Positions 42,541 through 53,268 of a stretch of 64,000 nucleotides of DNA are shown piece after piece. Under the pieces are notes generated by a model. That model was not told the origin of the DNA. It saw only the letters and a program-made list of their open reading frames with translations, and searched no databases. The first letter of the stretch is position 1. Every line of letters starts with the position of its first letter. The stretch comes from Gemmatimonadales bacterium (GTDB lineage: Bacteria > Gemmatimonadota > Gemmatimonadetes > Gemmatimonadales > GWC2-71-9): contig JBFJCP010000005.1 of NCBI GenBank assembly GCA_041615815.1, positions 80,662 to 144,661 on the forward strand, in the 5' to 3' direction. Made by a program: the position numbers and the translations under genes.

Positions 42541-43631
42541 GACACCAGGTCGCGTGCGAGGGTCGCCACGCGCGCCGCCGCTCCGGGAGTTCCCAACTGA
42601 GGACGGAGATCCCGGAATGCCAGGCGTTGCCGCCGGGTGGCAGGATGATCCGGATCAAACAGCGGGTAGAGCGCAGCGGCGAGGGTTGCGGGGCTGGCCT
42701 CTCGTTGCAGGAACTCCGGGATGACGTCTTGTCCCGCCAGGAGGTTCACGAGACCCACGTGTGGCAGCTGCACGAGCCGCCGTGCCACGGCGTGGGTGAA
42801 CGGGTGCACGCGATGTGCGATGACCATCGGTAGCTCGGCCAGCGCTGCCTCCAGCGTGATGGTTCCCGCTTTGGTGAGGGCAGCGTCCGCCGCGGCAAGC
42901 GCGAGCGGCGCTTGGGCGGTCGAGATCCGCACGGCGTTGCCCTTCTGCGGCGGCGTACCCACCAAGATCGTCTCGAGCTCGGGGAGCCGTGCGCGGAGAT
43001 GGCGAGCGGCGGCCTCGAACAGTCGCCAATGTCGGGCCCACTCGTGTGGTCGGGTTCCAGGCATGAGAGCGAGGACGGGGACATCCGGCTCGATTCCCAG
43101 CGCTTCACGCGCCCGTGCGTGCGCTGGGCCGGGCGGACGGTCCAGGAGCGGATGTCCGACAAAGGTCGCGGAGATCCCGTGGCGAGAAAAAAACCCCTGT
43201 TCAAAGGGCAGAATCACGGCCAGCGCGCGAATCGCTGCGCGCAGCCGGCCCATACGCCAGGCTCCCCACGCCCACAGCTGCGGTGCGATGTAGTAGAGCA
43301 CCGGGATCCCAGCCCGTGCGGCGGCGGTCGCCACGCGGAGATGGAACCCGGGGTAGTCGACCAACAACACGAGGTCGTATCGGTTGTCCCGGATTCGATG
43401 CGTGAGGTGGTGCAGGAGTCGGAGATGGCGTGGTGCGTGTCCGACCGCTTCGACGAGCCCCGTGGCCGAGAGTCTCTCCATCCGGGCGAGAAGCCGTACC
43501 CCGACCGCGGCCATCGCTGGGCCGCCAATCCCCTCCACGTCTAGTGTCTCGATGGAACTGGCGAGGGCGCCGATCACCCGCGCGGCGTGCGCGTCCCCCG
43601 ACGGTTCTCCCGCCGAGACGAGCAGACGCAT
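42537..43631 (-). CDS. lpxB: Lipid-A-disaccharide synthase
   Basis: SAGEPSGDAH, DYPGF, YIAPQLWAW, ILPFE, FVGHPL, GTITLE, PEFLQ. Confidence 0.95.
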   Translation of the reverse strand: MRLLVSAGEPSGDAHAARVIGALASSIETLDVEGIGGPAMAAVGVRLLARMERLSATGLVEAVGHAPRHLRLLHHLTHRIRDNRYDLVLLVDYPGFHLRVATAAARAGIPVLYYIAPQLWAWGAWRMGRLRAAIRALAVILPFEQGFFSRHGISATFVGHPLLDRPPGPAHARAREALGIEPDVPVLALMPGTRPHEWARHWRLFEAAARHLRARLPELETILVGTPPQKGNAVRISTAQAPLALAAADAALTKAGTITLEAALAELPMVIAHRVHPFTHAVARRLVQLPHVGLVNLLAGQDVIPEFLQREASPATLAAALYPLFDPDHPATRRQRLAFRDLRPQLGTPGAAARVATLARDLVS

Positions 43632-44404
43632 CAGACCAGGACGCCGCGCTCGGAGCGGGAGACGAAATCCAGCAAGCGCGTCACCTCGAGCGGTTGCGTT
43701 TCCTGTTGGCGCAGGACTTCCGCCGCTTCCGACGTGGTGAGGTCCGAGTTGAAGAGGAGACGGAACGCATGCTTGAGTGCGCTCCGGACGTCTGCGGGAA
43801 CGCCTGCCCGCGTCAACCCCACGGAGTTGATCCCGTATAGCCGCAGCGGGTTGCCCACGGCACGGGCGTAGGGTGGAACGTCCTGGGGCACCCGGGAGCC
43901 CCCGCCCACAAAGGCGTGCGTGCCGATCCGCACGAACTGATGAACCGGTGTCAGCCCGCTGATCGTGGCGTGGCTCTCGATGCACACGTGGCCGGCCAGC
44001 TGTACGGCGTTGGCCAGGGTCACCTGGTCCTCGATGACGCAGTCGTGGGCAACGTGCACGTAGGTCATGAGCAGACAACCACGTCCCACCACGGTGCGTT
44101 GGCGAGCTGCGGTACCTCGGTTGATCGTCACGTGCTCGCGGATTTGGGTTTCGTCACCGATCTGAAGGGTCGTGGGTTCGCCCCGATAGCTCCGGTCTTG
44201 GGGAGGACTGCCCAGGACGCTGCCGGCCCCCACGTAACAGTCCTTTCCCACCGCCGTGTCTTGTTCGATGACCACATGGGGGGCGATGACGGTCCGTTCG
44301 CCAATCGAGACCCGTGGTCCGAGGACGACGTAGGGACCGATAGACACGTCGAGGCCCAGCTGACAGGAGGAATCGAGGACGGCGGTGGAGTGAATCGTGG
44401 ACAT
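43631..44404 (-). CDS. lpxA: UDP-N-acetylglucosamine acyltransferase
   Basis: Hexapeptide repeats, PQD, IREHVTINRGT, HVAHDC, LAGHV, VHQFVRIG. Confidence 0.96.
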   Translation of the reverse strand: MSTIHSTAVLDSSCQLGLDVSIGPYVVLGPRVSIGERTVIAPHVVIEQDTAVGKDCYVGAGSVLGSPPQDRSYRGEPTTLQIGDETQIREHVTINRGTAARQRTVVGRGCLLMTYVHVAHDCVIEDQVTLANAVQLAGHVCIESHATISGLTPVHQFVRIGTHAFVGGGSRVPQDVPPYARAVGNPLRLYGINSVGLTRAGVPADVRSALKHAFRLLFNSDLTTSEAAEVLRQQETQPLEVTRLLDFVSRSERGVLV

Positions 44405-45678
44405 TATCGGTCGACGATGCGTGCCATCATCTCCGCTTCAGCGACGAGGCGGCCGTCGACGTAGCCCACGCCACGCAACCGGCACGTCTTGCCGCGAAAC
44501 TGCAGCATTTCGAGTTCAAAGCGAATCTGATCACCGGGGACGACTGGCCGTCGGAACTTCACCCCGTCGATGGACATGAAGTAGACGACCTTGTCCGTAG
44601 GGTCCTCCACGGCGCCGAGAAGCAGCATGCCGCCCACCTGGGCCATGGCCTCGACGATGAGGACGCCGGGCATGATGGGATGGCCCGGGAAATGACCTTG
44701 AAAGAACGGCTCGTTGATCGTCACGTTCTTGAGGCCGACAATGCGCTTTCCCTCTTCCACTTCGAGGATGCGATCCACGAGCAGCATGGGGTAGCGGTGC
44801 GGGAGGATGCCGAGGATCTCGTCGATTCCCATGATGGACGGGGCTTGCCGGACCGCGGCCCGCTTCAAAGTGCGCGCGAGGGCCACGTTTCCCTCGTGGC
44901 TCGGTCGGTGCGCCACGATGTCGGCGCGGCAGCGGGCCCCGAGGAGCGCAAGATCCCCAAGGAGGTCCACGGCCTTGTGCCGCACGAACTCGTCCGTCCA
45001 ACGCAGTGTGGAGCCTACGAGGCCATCCTCGGACAGAACGATCGTGTTGTCCGGTGTGGCACCACGCGCGAGACCTCGTTCGCGCAGCCCCGCGGCGTCG
45101 CTCGCGAAACCGAAGGTCCGGGCACCGGCCAACTCGGCGCGAAACGTGTCCGGTCCGATGTCATACGACCCAGCCTGCTGGCCAATGAGCGGATGGTCAG
45201 CGGCGATCGTCACCGTGAGGCGGAGGCCCGCGTGCGGGCCGATGACGTAGCTCGCATCGCCATCGCGGACCGTGAGTGGGACGGCCACCGCGTGAATGAC
45301 GGGCTCACCCTGACGCTCGTCGATGCCCGATTCCCGAATTGCCTGCTCGAAACAGGCCGCACTCCCATCGCCGGCCGGTGGCTCAGGTCCGTCGAGGGCG
45401 ATCACGAGATCGTCGATACTGTGCGCCATCACGGCGGCGAGCACGTGCTCGACGGTTTCGATGGTCACATCACCGTCGCCGAGGCTCGTGCGTCGCTCGG
45501 TGTCGCGGACCGCATCCACGGTGGCGCGGACCCTGGGCCCGTTGGGCAGGTCCGTGCGTTGGAACTGGATACCGGTGTTGGGACTAGCCGGTTGCAGCAC
45601 GAGCGTCGTGGTGACACCCGTGTGCAACCCCGTTCCGCGGATCGTCGCCGGCTGGGCGATGGTACGTCTACTCGTCAT
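44404..45678 (-). CDS. lpxC-fabZ: Bifunctional LpxC deacetylase / FabZ 3-hydroxyacyl-ACP dehydratase
   Basis: GTGLHTG, TVEHVLAA, ARTFG, RHKAVDLLGDL, then LPHRYPMLLVD, FFQGHFPGHPIMPGVLIVEAMAQ. Confidence 0.95.
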   Translation of the reverse strand: MTSRRTIAQPATIRGTGLHTGVTTTLVLQPASPNTGIQFQRTDLPNGPRVRATVDAVRDTERRTSLGDGDVTIETVEHVLAAVMAHSIDDLVIALDGPEPPAGDGSAACFEQAIRESGIDERQGEPVIHAVAVPLTVRDGDASYVIGPHAGLRLTVTIAADHPLIGQQAGSYDIGPDTFRAELAGARTFGFASDAAGLRERGLARGATPDNTIVLSEDGLVGSTLRWTDEFVRHKAVDLLGDLALLGARCRADIVAHRPSHEGNVALARTLKRAAVRQAPSIMGIDEILGILPHRYPMLLVDRILEVEEGKRIVGLKNVTINEPFFQGHFPGHPIMPGVLIVEAMAQVGGMLLLGAVEDPTDKVVYFMSIDGVKFRRPVVPGDQIRFELEMLQFRGKTCRLRGVGYVDGRLVAEAEMMARIVDR

Positions 45679-46711
45679 GGTTGCGGGTGAGGCGTTCGAG
45701 ACGGCCCGTAATCGGCGCCAGGCGGCCCAGGGCGGCAGCCTGGCGCAGCACGCTGCGGTGGTTCCGCGCCGGGTATCCAGACACGGTCTCGCCAGCCCCG
45801 ATGTCTCCGATCACGCCTGCTTGCGCGGCGATCCGGGCGCCCCGACCCACGGTCAGATGGCCGGCCAGGCCCGCTTGGCCGCCCAGCAGCACATCGTCCT
45901 CGACAATCGTGCTGCCCCCGATGCCGACCTGTCCCATGACCACGCAGCCTGTCCCCATGCGCACGTTGTGTCCAATCTGGACCAGGTTGTCGATCTTCGT
46001 GCCGTCCCCCACAACGGTGTCGTCGATCATGCCGCGATCAATGGTGGTATTGGCTCCCACCTCGACGTCGGCGGCCAGCACGCAGCCGCCCGTGTGGGGC
46101 AGTCGCTGCGCTCCTTGTGGGGTCGTGCGAAAACCGAACCCGGACGAGCCGACCCGTGCCCCGGCATGCAGGACCACCCGATCCCCGAGCTTCACTCCAC
46201 GATGCACGACTACCTGCGCACCGATGCGGCAGGCGTGACCAACCACCACGTCATGCTCGAGGGTGGCGTGAGCACCGATCTGGCAGTCGTCCCCCAAGCG
46301 AACGCGCGCGCCCAGGACGGCCCATGGTCCGATGGCGATCCGTCCGCTCCAGCGCACGCCGGGACCCAGGCGGGCCGACGGGTGGACGCCCCACGCCGGT
46401 GAGGGCTCCGGATCGAGCGCCGTGATCGTCTGTGCCATCGCGGCCAGGGGGTCAGGTACCACAATGCGGACAGCGGGCCCGGCGGCGACGTCCCGAAAGC
46501 GGGGACTCACCAACACCGCACCCGCCCTAGAGCGCTGAAAATACGGGAGATAGCGTTGCGAGACAAGAAACGCCACATCGCCGGGGCCAGCCCGTTCGAG
46601 GGAGGCGACCCCGGCGATGGATGTGTCAGCGCGACCAATCAGCTCGCCGCCCAGGAGCGCAGCGAGGTCACCGGCGGTCCGCGGTCTGCTGGGGTGGGGA
46701 GACGACGCTAT
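45668..46711 (-). CDS. lpxD: UDP-3-O-(3-hydroxyacyl)glucosamine N-acyltransferase
   Basis: Hexapeptide repeats, GFGF, GANTTIDRG, KIDNLVQIGHNV. The typical N-terminus continues 45 codons upstream of the track's GTG 46576 to ATA 46711. Confidence 0.92.
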   Translation of the reverse strand: MASSPHPSRPRTAGDLAALLGGELIGRADTSIAGVASLERAGPGDVAFLVSQRYLPYFQRSRAGAVLVSPRFRDVAAGPAVRIVVPDPLAAMAQTITALDPEPSPAWGVHPSARLGPGVRWSGRIAIGPWAVLGARVRLGDDCQIGAHATLEHDVVVGHACRIGAQVVVHRGVKLGDRVVLHAGARVGSSGFGFRTTPQGAQRLPHTGGCVLAADVEVGANTTIDRGMIDDTVVGDGTKIDNLVQIGHNVRMGTGCVVMGQVGIGGSTIVEDDVLLGGQAGLAGHLTVGRGARIAAQAGVIGDIGAGETVSGYPARNHRSVLRQAAALGRLAPITGRLERLTRNHDE

Positions 46712-47265
46712 TGCTGAGTGCTCTGCTCGCCGCGCAGTCGGCGAATGATCGTCGGAGTGAGATCCAGGGCTCGGTCCGCCGCGATGATGTTGTTCCCGGG
46801 CGATGCCACGTCGAAGATCACGGCCAGGTTGCGTTCTGCCCGCACGCCGTCAATCACGGTTTGGATGCGTTCCTCGAGTGGGGCCACTAGCTCGGCGCGG
46901 CGTTCCTGGGCGCGTTGCTGGAGCTCACCGGAGCGCTGCTCGAACCGCTGCTGCATGCCGCGGATCTCCTGGAGCTTTTCCTGCCGAGCCGTGGGGCTTA
47001 ACACGATCGATTGCTGGTCGAAATCGCGCACGACCGAGTCCAGCCGTACCTGGAGCGCTTCCACTTCCTTCTGGAAGACACCCATCTCCGATGTGAACGT
47101 GGATTCGGCGGCGGCGTACCCGGGAGTCTGCCGCAGGATCACCTCAGAATTCAGGTACGCAATCCGCGCGTCATTCTGCGCTTGCTCCGTCGAACGCGCA
47201 GCAACGCTGGCGACGACGATCACGGCCAATACGGCCACTGCCCAACGGGCCATCTTACGCTCCAC
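46708..47265 (-). CDS. skp: OmpH/Skp periplasmic chaperone
   Basis: Signal peptide, RIAYLNSEVIL, coiled coil, DLTPTII; lies between bamA and lpxD; GAGGAG RBS before GTG 47265 (ATG 47253 is an alternative). Confidence 0.88.
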   Translation of the reverse strand: MERKMARWAVAVLAVIVVASVAARSTEQAQNDARIAYLNSEVILRQTPGYAAAESTFTSEMGVFQKEVEALQVRLDSVVRDFDQQSIVLSPTARQEKLQEIRGMQQRFEQRSGELQQRAQERRAELVAPLEERIQTVIDGVRAERNLAVIFDVASPGNNIIAADRALDLTPTIIRRLRGEQSTQQ

Positions 47266-47279
47266 TGTATGGTACTCCT

Positions 47280-49676
47280 CTAAAAGAAATTGCCGAGTTT
47301 GAAATGGAACTTCCATCCCGGCGCGGGATTCCCATCCTCATCGATGCGGTCGAACCCGTAGGCGTAATCGATGCCGATGGGTCCCAGCGGTGAGAGCAGG
47401 CTAATACCGAGACCGGCGCCGCGGAAGAGACGGGTCGGGTTGAACTTACTCGGCGTCTGCCAGACGTTTCCCGCGTCCATGAAAGCGTTCACGTAGAACG
47501 CCTGACTGAGCCGGGCGCCCACTTCTCCCGAGAGCGACAGGAAGGACCGGCCAAAGGCATCGACCGTGTTCGCGCGGAGTCCCCGCGCGAATGGATCGAA
47601 CCCGGTTGGCGTGATGGAGAATTCGTCGTAGCCCCGGAGCCGGATACCGAATTGCGTTCCACCCATGCTGAAGAGCTGGCGAAAGTGTGGCCCGATGTCA
47701 CCCCACACGAATCCCGCACGCGCGCTGAGTCCCAGCACCAGATCGATGCCACCGCCACCGGTTGGTCCGCCGCCGCCCAACCGGGCCAGCGGCGCGTACC
47801 AACGCCCGTCAAAGGTGGCACGGCGAAAATTCCCACTCCCGCCCAGCGGACCGCCGGACTGTTGGAAATCCACGCGGTGCATGGTGCCCGCCGTTGGGAA
47901 CGGGAGGCCGATACGCGTGTCACGCTGGAGGGCGAGACCGGCGCTGGACAGGATGCAATTGTCGCAGATGAATCGAGACGAGAGCGTGGGCGAATCGAAA
48001 TCGCTCTGTTCGAAGGAGTAGGTGGTCAGCAGCCGGGTGAAACGGGATCCGCGCACCGGGAATCCCAATTGAATGCTCCCCCCGCGGGATCGGATCCGGC
48101 CCAGATCCGCCACGGTGAATCGCAGACGAGAGTTGTGCGCCGAGATGGTTCCCGATACCAGACTGCCTCGGATCGACGGGTCGGTATACGAGACGTTGAT
48201 GTCGTTGATGTTGCGGCCAAACTGCCACTGGAGCGATACCTGCTTGCCGCGGCCAAACAGATTGGGTTCGTCCAGGCCAATGAACCCGCCGAGTCCCGTT
48301 CCCTGTCCCACAGACGCGCCGAAATTGATGTTGCCCGTGTGTCGCTCCGCGACATGAAAGATGACGTTGACGTCACCTTGTTGATTGGCCTGCTGTGTCT
48401 CCGGTGGCGGCAGGGGTTGCTCGAAGAACCCGAGATTGGAAATGCTCTGGTAGGACTGGATGAGTGCGTCCTGGCGCATGACATCGCCCGGCACGACCAC
48501 GATCGCTCGGCGGATCACGTTCTCGTGGGTGACGTCGTTGCCTCGAATGAGGACTTTGTTCACGATGGCCGGCTGGCCTTCGATGATCTGCCATCGGAGA
48601 TCGACGTAGTTGGTGCCGTCCGAGCCGTTGCGTCGCGACATGACGGGCGCCACGCGAGCGTAGATGTAACCTTCGTTGGCGTAGGCGGTCTGCACTTGTT
48701 GGGTCGCTTCCTGCCACTTCTCCTGGTCGAAGACCGCCGGCCCTCGCCGCCGTCCGCCCAAACCCAGAAACCCGCCGCCAGCGTCCGCGAAGGGGAAGAA
48801 TCGATCCAACCGCTCGCGCGAGAAGTATCGGTTGCCGACGATCTCGAAGTTCCCGACGTGGTATTGCTCGCCCTCCTCCACGGAGAGGACGAGGGTGCCC
48901 TTTCCGGTGTTCTGATCGACCGAAAGACTGTCCCCCGTCACCTGGAAGTCGATCATCCCGCGGGATCCGTAGAATTGCGGGAGCCGCTCGCGAATATCCT
49001 CCTCGAGCTGATCCTCGCTATAGTCGCCGTTGCTCCACCACCAGAATCCCTCCGGGCCCGTCTTCATCCGGTCCACGACCGTCTTGTCCGAGAACGATTG
49101 GTTTCCCTCCACGGCCACCCGGCTGATCGTGACGCGCCCTCCCTCCTCGATCTCATAGACCACCCGGAGCGTTCCATCGGTCTGTGGGATCTCGCGCAGA
49201 TTGACCGCGGTGCGGAAGTAGCCTTCGTCCTGATATAGGGAATCGATGGCGGCCTGACTCACAGCGGCGGCAGCGGGATCGTAGGGACGACCCTCGAGGA
49301 GCCGCACGCGTCCGCGGACCTTGCGTTCCGAGACCTTTTCAGTGCCGCGCACACTCCAACCCACCAGCAACGGGCGCTCGACGACCTCGAGCACGAGGGT
49401 TCGCTTGCCGTCCACGGTTCCCTGGCGCACGCGGACGTCCGAGAATTGGCCGCTCGAGTAGAGCTCGTTGATGGCGCGCTGCACATCGCGGAATGAGATG
49501 GGAAGCCCGACAGGGATTGCTGCCCGTGCGATCACGGCCGCCGCGCTCACGCGGCGGGCGCCGGTGACCGCCACGCTGTCGATGACCGTGATGGTGCCTT
49601 GCTCGCCGGGCACCTGCGCGGTCGCGGCGCCAGCCGTCAAGAGCGTAACGGCTGCGACGATGACAGCGGGACGCAT
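47280..49676 (-). CDS. bamA: Outer membrane protein assembly factor BamA
   Basis: Signal peptide, POTRA repeats, IRLRGY lid motif, SPLGPIGIDYAYG, C-terminal FHFKLGNFF. Confidence 0.95.
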   Translation of the reverse strand: MRPAVIVAAVTLLTAGAATAQVPGEQGTITVIDSVAVTGARRVSAAAVIARAAIPVGLPISFRDVQRAINELYSSGQFSDVRVRQGTVDGKRTLVLEVVERPLLVGWSVRGTEKVSERKVRGRVRLLEGRPYDPAAAAVSQAAIDSLYQDEGYFRTAVNLREIPQTDGTLRVVYEIEEGGRVTISRVAVEGNQSFSDKTVVDRMKTGPEGFWWWSNGDYSEDQLEEDIRERLPQFYGSRGMIDFQVTGDSLSVDQNTGKGTLVLSVEEGEQYHVGNFEIVGNRYFSRERLDRFFPFADAGGGFLGLGGRRRGPAVFDQEKWQEATQQVQTAYANEGYIYARVAPVMSRRNGSDGTNYVDLRWQIIEGQPAIVNKVLIRGNDVTHENVIRRAIVVVPGDVMRQDALIQSYQSISNLGFFEQPLPPPETQQANQQGDVNVIFHVAERHTGNINFGASVGQGTGLGGFIGLDEPNLFGRGKQVSLQWQFGRNINDINVSYTDPSIRGSLVSGTISAHNSRLRFTVADLGRIRSRGGSIQLGFPVRGSRFTRLLTTYSFEQSDFDSPTLSSRFICDNCILSSAGLALQRDTRIGLPFPTAGTMHRVDFQQSGGPLGGSGNFRRATFDGRWYAPLARLGGGGPTGGGGIDLVLGLSARAGFVWGDIGPHFRQLFSMGGTQFGIRLRGYDEFSITPTGFDPFARGLRANTVDAFGRSFLSLSGEVGARLSQAFYVNAFMDAGNVWQTPSKFNPTRLFRGAGLGISLLSPLGPIGIDYAYGFDRIDEDGNPAPGWKFHFKLGNFF

Positions 49677-49677
49677 G

Positions 49678-52146
49678 TCAGGCCTTGGTGCCGGAGAAGG
49701 CCTTGAAGATGAGTTTGTCTCCCTCCGGACTCACGTCGATCTCGATGTCGTCCCCTGGGGCGAACTCGCCCATGAGAATCTTGTCCGAGAGGGGATCCTC
49801 GACGTAGCGCTGAATGGCGCGCTTCAGCGGCCGCGCACCGTACGCTTCGTCGTATCCATGATCCACCAGGAACTCGGTCGCGGCGTCGGTCCGATGCAGG
49901 GTGTAGCCGTCGTCCGATACCCGCTCCTGCACCTGCTGGAAGAGAATGTCCACGATGCTGCGAATGTGATCTCGATCCAGCGGATGGAACACGATCACGT
50001 CGTCGAGACGGTTCAAGAACTCGGGATTGAACACCTTGTGGATCTCGTCACGAACCTTCTCGGACATCCGCTCGAAGGTGTCCCGGGCATCGGGTTGCGC
50101 GAACCCCATGCTCTTTGATTTGGTGATGTCGCGGGCCCCAACGTTCGATGTCATGATCACGACGGTGTTCTTGAAGTCGATTTTTCGGCCGTAGTTGTCC
50201 GTCAGCTGACCCTCGTCCAGGACCTGGAGCAGGATGTTGAAGACGTCGGGATGCGCCTTCTCGATCTCGTCCAGGAGCACCACGGAGTAGGGCTTCCGCC
50301 GGACGGCTTTTGTCAGCGTGCCGGAATCCTCGTACCCCACGTACCCCGGAGGCGCCCCGATGAGCCGGCTGACGCTGAACTTCTCCATGTACTCGGACAT
50401 GTCGACCCGAATCAGGGCGCCGTCGTCCGCAAACAGGAATCGGGCCAGGGACCGGGCCAGCTCCGTCTTTCCGACACCCGTGGGGCCGCTGAAGATGAAC
50501 GTCCCGATGGGGCGCCGCGGGTCCTTGAGCCCTGCCCGGGAACGTCGAATGGCCCGGGCGATGGCCTGAATCGCCGGGTCCTGCCCGACCACCGATTTGT
50601 GCAGCTCTTCCTCCATTCGGAGGAGCCGCTGCGTCTCCGCCTCCTGCAGCCGGGTGACCGGTATCCCGGTCCACCGGGAGACAATGAACGCCACATCCTC
50701 TTCCCCGATGGTGGGGCGATGCGTCTGTCGCTCCCGCTCCCACTCTTCCTGGCGGCGACGGATCTCGGCTTGGAGCTCGCGCTCCTGGTCGCGCAACGAC
50801 GCCGCTCGCTCGAAGTTCTGGTCTCGAACGGCTTCTTCTTTGTCGCGATTGATCTCCTCGAGCCCTTCCTTGAGTTTGGCGACCTCGGGAGGTGGCACTT
50901 GTGCGGCGAGACGCGCCCGAGCGGCGGCCTCGTCGATCACGTCGATGGCCTTGTCTGGCAAGAAGCGGTCGGTGATGTAGCGCTCGGAGAGTCGTGCCGA
51001 CCCTTCCAGGGTCTGATCGGGGATGACCACCCGATGGTGATCCTCGTAGCGCTGTCTCAGCCCCTTCAGAATCTCGATCGTCTCGTCCACCGTGGGGGGG
51101 TCCACGATCACGGTCTGAAAGCGCCGTTCGAGCGCGCCGTCTTTTTCGATGTATTTCCGATACTCGTTGAGGGTCGAGGCGCCGACGCACTGCAGCTCAC
51201 CACGGGCGAGGGCGGGCTTCAGCATGTTGGAGGCGTCAATGGCGCCTTCTGCCGCTCCGGCACCGACGAGCGTATGCAGCTCGTCGATGAACAGCACCAC
51301 GTTCTTGTTTTGCGCAATCTCGTTCATGACGGCCTTGAGCCGCTCCTCGAACTGACCGCGATACTTCGTCCCGGCAATCACCGCGGCCATGTCGAGGGCC
51401 AACACCCGGTGGCTCGACAGCGAATCGGGACAATTACCGGACGCGATCAACTGCGCGAGTCCCTCGACAATGGCGGTCTTTCCGACACCCGCTTCGCCGA
51501 TCAGCACCGGATTGTTCTTCTTACGGCGAGACAGCACCTCGATGACGCGCTCGATTTCCTTTTGCCGCCCAATCGTGGGGTCGAGCTGCCCCTCGCCGGC
51601 GAGCTGTGTGAGATCGCGGCAGAAGTGATCGAGCGCTGGGGTTTTGGATTTCTTCTCCGAGCGTGGTGACGACGGAGCGGGACCGCCCTTCCCCGACGGC
51701 ATGTCGCTCCCGAGGAGCCGCAGGGTCTCGGCTCGAGCCTGCTCGAGATTGACGCCAGCATCGCTCAACACCTGCGCGGCGATCCCCTTCTCCTCGCGGA
51801 GCAGACCCAGGAGCAGGTGCTCGGTGCCCACGTAGGAGTGGTTCAGCTCCCGGGCCTCGCTCATCGCGAGCTCCAAGACCTTCTTGGCTCGGGAGGTGTA
51901 GGGGAGATCCGGTCCTTCTGGGGCGGGTGCTTTGCCCTTCTTGACCGTCTCTTCGATCTTCTGCTGGATGTCCTCGAGATCGACGTTGAGGTTGGTGAGA
52001 ACCGCTGCTGCCACCCCTTCGCCCTCACGAATGAGGCCGAGAAGAATGTGCTCGGTGCCTACGTACTCGTGATGCAGACGGGCGGCTTCCTCTCGCGCCA
52101 TCTGCAACACCTTCCGCACTCGATCCGTGAAATTGTACCCGTTCAT
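49678..52146 (-). CDS. clpC: ATP-dependent Clp protease ATP-binding subunit ClpC
   Basis: Two Clp-N repeats, [12 protein letters not shown] domain ([11 protein letters not shown]), GPTGVGKT, ClpP-binding MGF loop. Confidence 0.96.
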   Translation of the reverse strand: MNGYNFTDRVRKVLQMAREEAARLHHEYVGTEHILLGLIREGEGVAAAVLTNLNVDLEDIQQKIEETVKKGKAPAPEGPDLPYTSRAKKVLELAMSEARELNHSYVGTEHLLLGLLREEKGIAAQVLSDAGVNLEQARAETLRLLGSDMPSGKGGPAPSSPRSEKKSKTPALDHFCRDLTQLAGEGQLDPTIGRQKEIERVIEVLSRRKKNNPVLIGEAGVGKTAIVEGLAQLIASGNCPDSLSSHRVLALDMAAVIAGTKYRGQFEERLKAVMNEIAQNKNVVLFIDELHTLVGAGAAEGAIDASNMLKPALARGELQCVGASTLNEYRKYIEKDGALERRFQTVIVDPPTVDETIEILKGLRQRYEDHHRVVIPDQTLEGSARLSERYITDRFLPDKAIDVIDEAAARARLAAQVPPPEVAKLKEGLEEINRDKEEAVRDQNFERAASLRDQERELQAEIRRRQEEWERERQTHRPTIGEEDVAFIVSRWTGIPVTRLQEAETQRLLRMEEELHKSVVGQDPAIQAIARAIRRSRAGLKDPRRPIGTFIFSGPTGVGKTELARSLARFLFADDGALIRVDMSEYMEKFSVSRLIGAPPGYVGYEDSGTLTKAVRRKPYSVVLLDEIEKAHPDVFNILLQVLDEGQLTDNYGRKIDFKNTVVIMTSNVGARDITKSKSMGFAQPDARDTFERMSEKVRDEIHKVFNPEFLNRLDDVIVFHPLDRDHIRSIVDILFQQVQERVSDDGYTLHRTDAATEFLVDHGYDEAYGARPLKRAIQRYVEDPLSDKILMGEFAPGDDIEIDVSPEGDKLIFKAFSGTKA

Positions 52147-52158
52147 CGGCCTATCGGG

Positions 52159-53268
52159 CTATAGGTCCAAGGTGTGGCCGCCGGACGGACCTCGGGCGGC
52201 ATCGTCTTCCAGCATCCGGCGAACGTAATCGGCGCGCGCGATGGGAAGGTCGGGATCGGACAACGACCGCCCCTCCATCTGCGCGAGATGCGCCGGCTGC
52301 GTGAAGATCATGAGCTTATTCAGCGTGTATACACTCAGTTCTCGTACCAGGTTCAGCCCAACCCCGAGGCGCACGCCGCTGAGGAGATTCATGGTCTCCT
52401 CGAACGACAGGCTGCGAGCATACCGCAGCAAGCCATATGCGCGCCACACTTTGTCGGCGATGACCGTGGGAGCGTCGCGTTGTAACACGGCACGCGCTTG
52501 CTCCTCGTACTCAATCACCTGGTGCACGATCTTTCCCAAATGATCGAGCAGCTCGTCCTCGGACTTGCCGAGGGTGGTCTGGTTGGAGAGCTGGAAGAAA
52601 TTGCCGACGACCTCGCTCCCCTCACCGTAGAGTCCACGAAACGTCAGCCCGACCTGCGACAGGCCTTGGAGTACCTTGGCAATCTCTTTGGTAAGGACCA
52701 AGCCCGGCAGGTGGATGAGGACGGAGGCCCGAAGACCCGTCCCGGCGTTCGTGGGACAGGAGGTAAGGTAACCAAACTCGGGGTGGAACGCGACGGGAAG
52801 ACGGGTCCCGAGATCGGCATCCAGCCGCTCGAGATCGCCGTAGGCCTTGGTGAGGGCCAGTCCCGATTGCAGGCTCTGGAGGCGCAGATGATCCTCCTCG
52901 TTGATCATGAGCCCGAGCCCTCCGGTGGTGAGGAGCGCGGCACCGCGACGGACCTGGCCGCCCTGGTCCAACCCGGCCAGCTCCTTGGACACGAGATGCC
53001 GCTCGTGGAGGAGCTGACGATCGAGGCGATCGAGCTGGTCGAGCCGGAACAAGGCCGGGTCGCGGAGCACGGCGCTACCCTTCCCCGCGTCGCTGATGCG
53101 GCTCAGGATGTCTTCCCGATCGTCCTCACCGGCTCGGACCGTAAACGGCTTACCCTGGAGGTTGCGCGCCAGACGGACCCGCGTCGAGAGCACAATATGG
53201 CTCTCGGGTCCACTGGCATCGAGCCACGAGATGCCGCCGTCGGGAATGAGGCTCAAGTCCAACATCAT
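52159..53268 (-). CDS. mcsB: Protein arginine kinase McsB
   Basis: IVLSTRVRLARNL, ERHLVS, INEEDHLR, GYLTSCPTNAGTGLRAS, RGLYGEGSE, QLSNQTTLG. Confidence 0.93.
   Translation of the reverse strand: MMLDLSLIPDGGISWLDASGPESHIVLSTRVRLARNLQGKPFTVRAGEDDREDILSRISDAGKGSAVLRDPALFRLDQLDRLDRQLLHERHLVSKELAGLDQGGQVRRGAALLTTGGLGLMINEEDHLRLQSLQSGLALTKAYGDLERLDADLGTRLPVAFHPEFGYLTSCPTNAGTGLRASVLIHLPGLVLTKEIAKVLQGLSQVGLTFRGLYGEGSEVVGNFFQLSNQTTLGKSEDELLDHLGKIVHQVIEYEEQARAVLQRDAPTVIADKVWRAYGLLRYARSLSFEETMNLLSGVRLGVGLNLVRELSVYTLNKLMIFTQPAHLAQMEGRSLSDPDLPIARADYVRRMLEDDAARGPSGGHTLDL

Noticed and set aside
44404..45678. lpxC-fabZ fusion as a novelty
   Set aside because: Well known in Bacteroidota, Chlorobi and related lineages; useful only as a taxonomic hint
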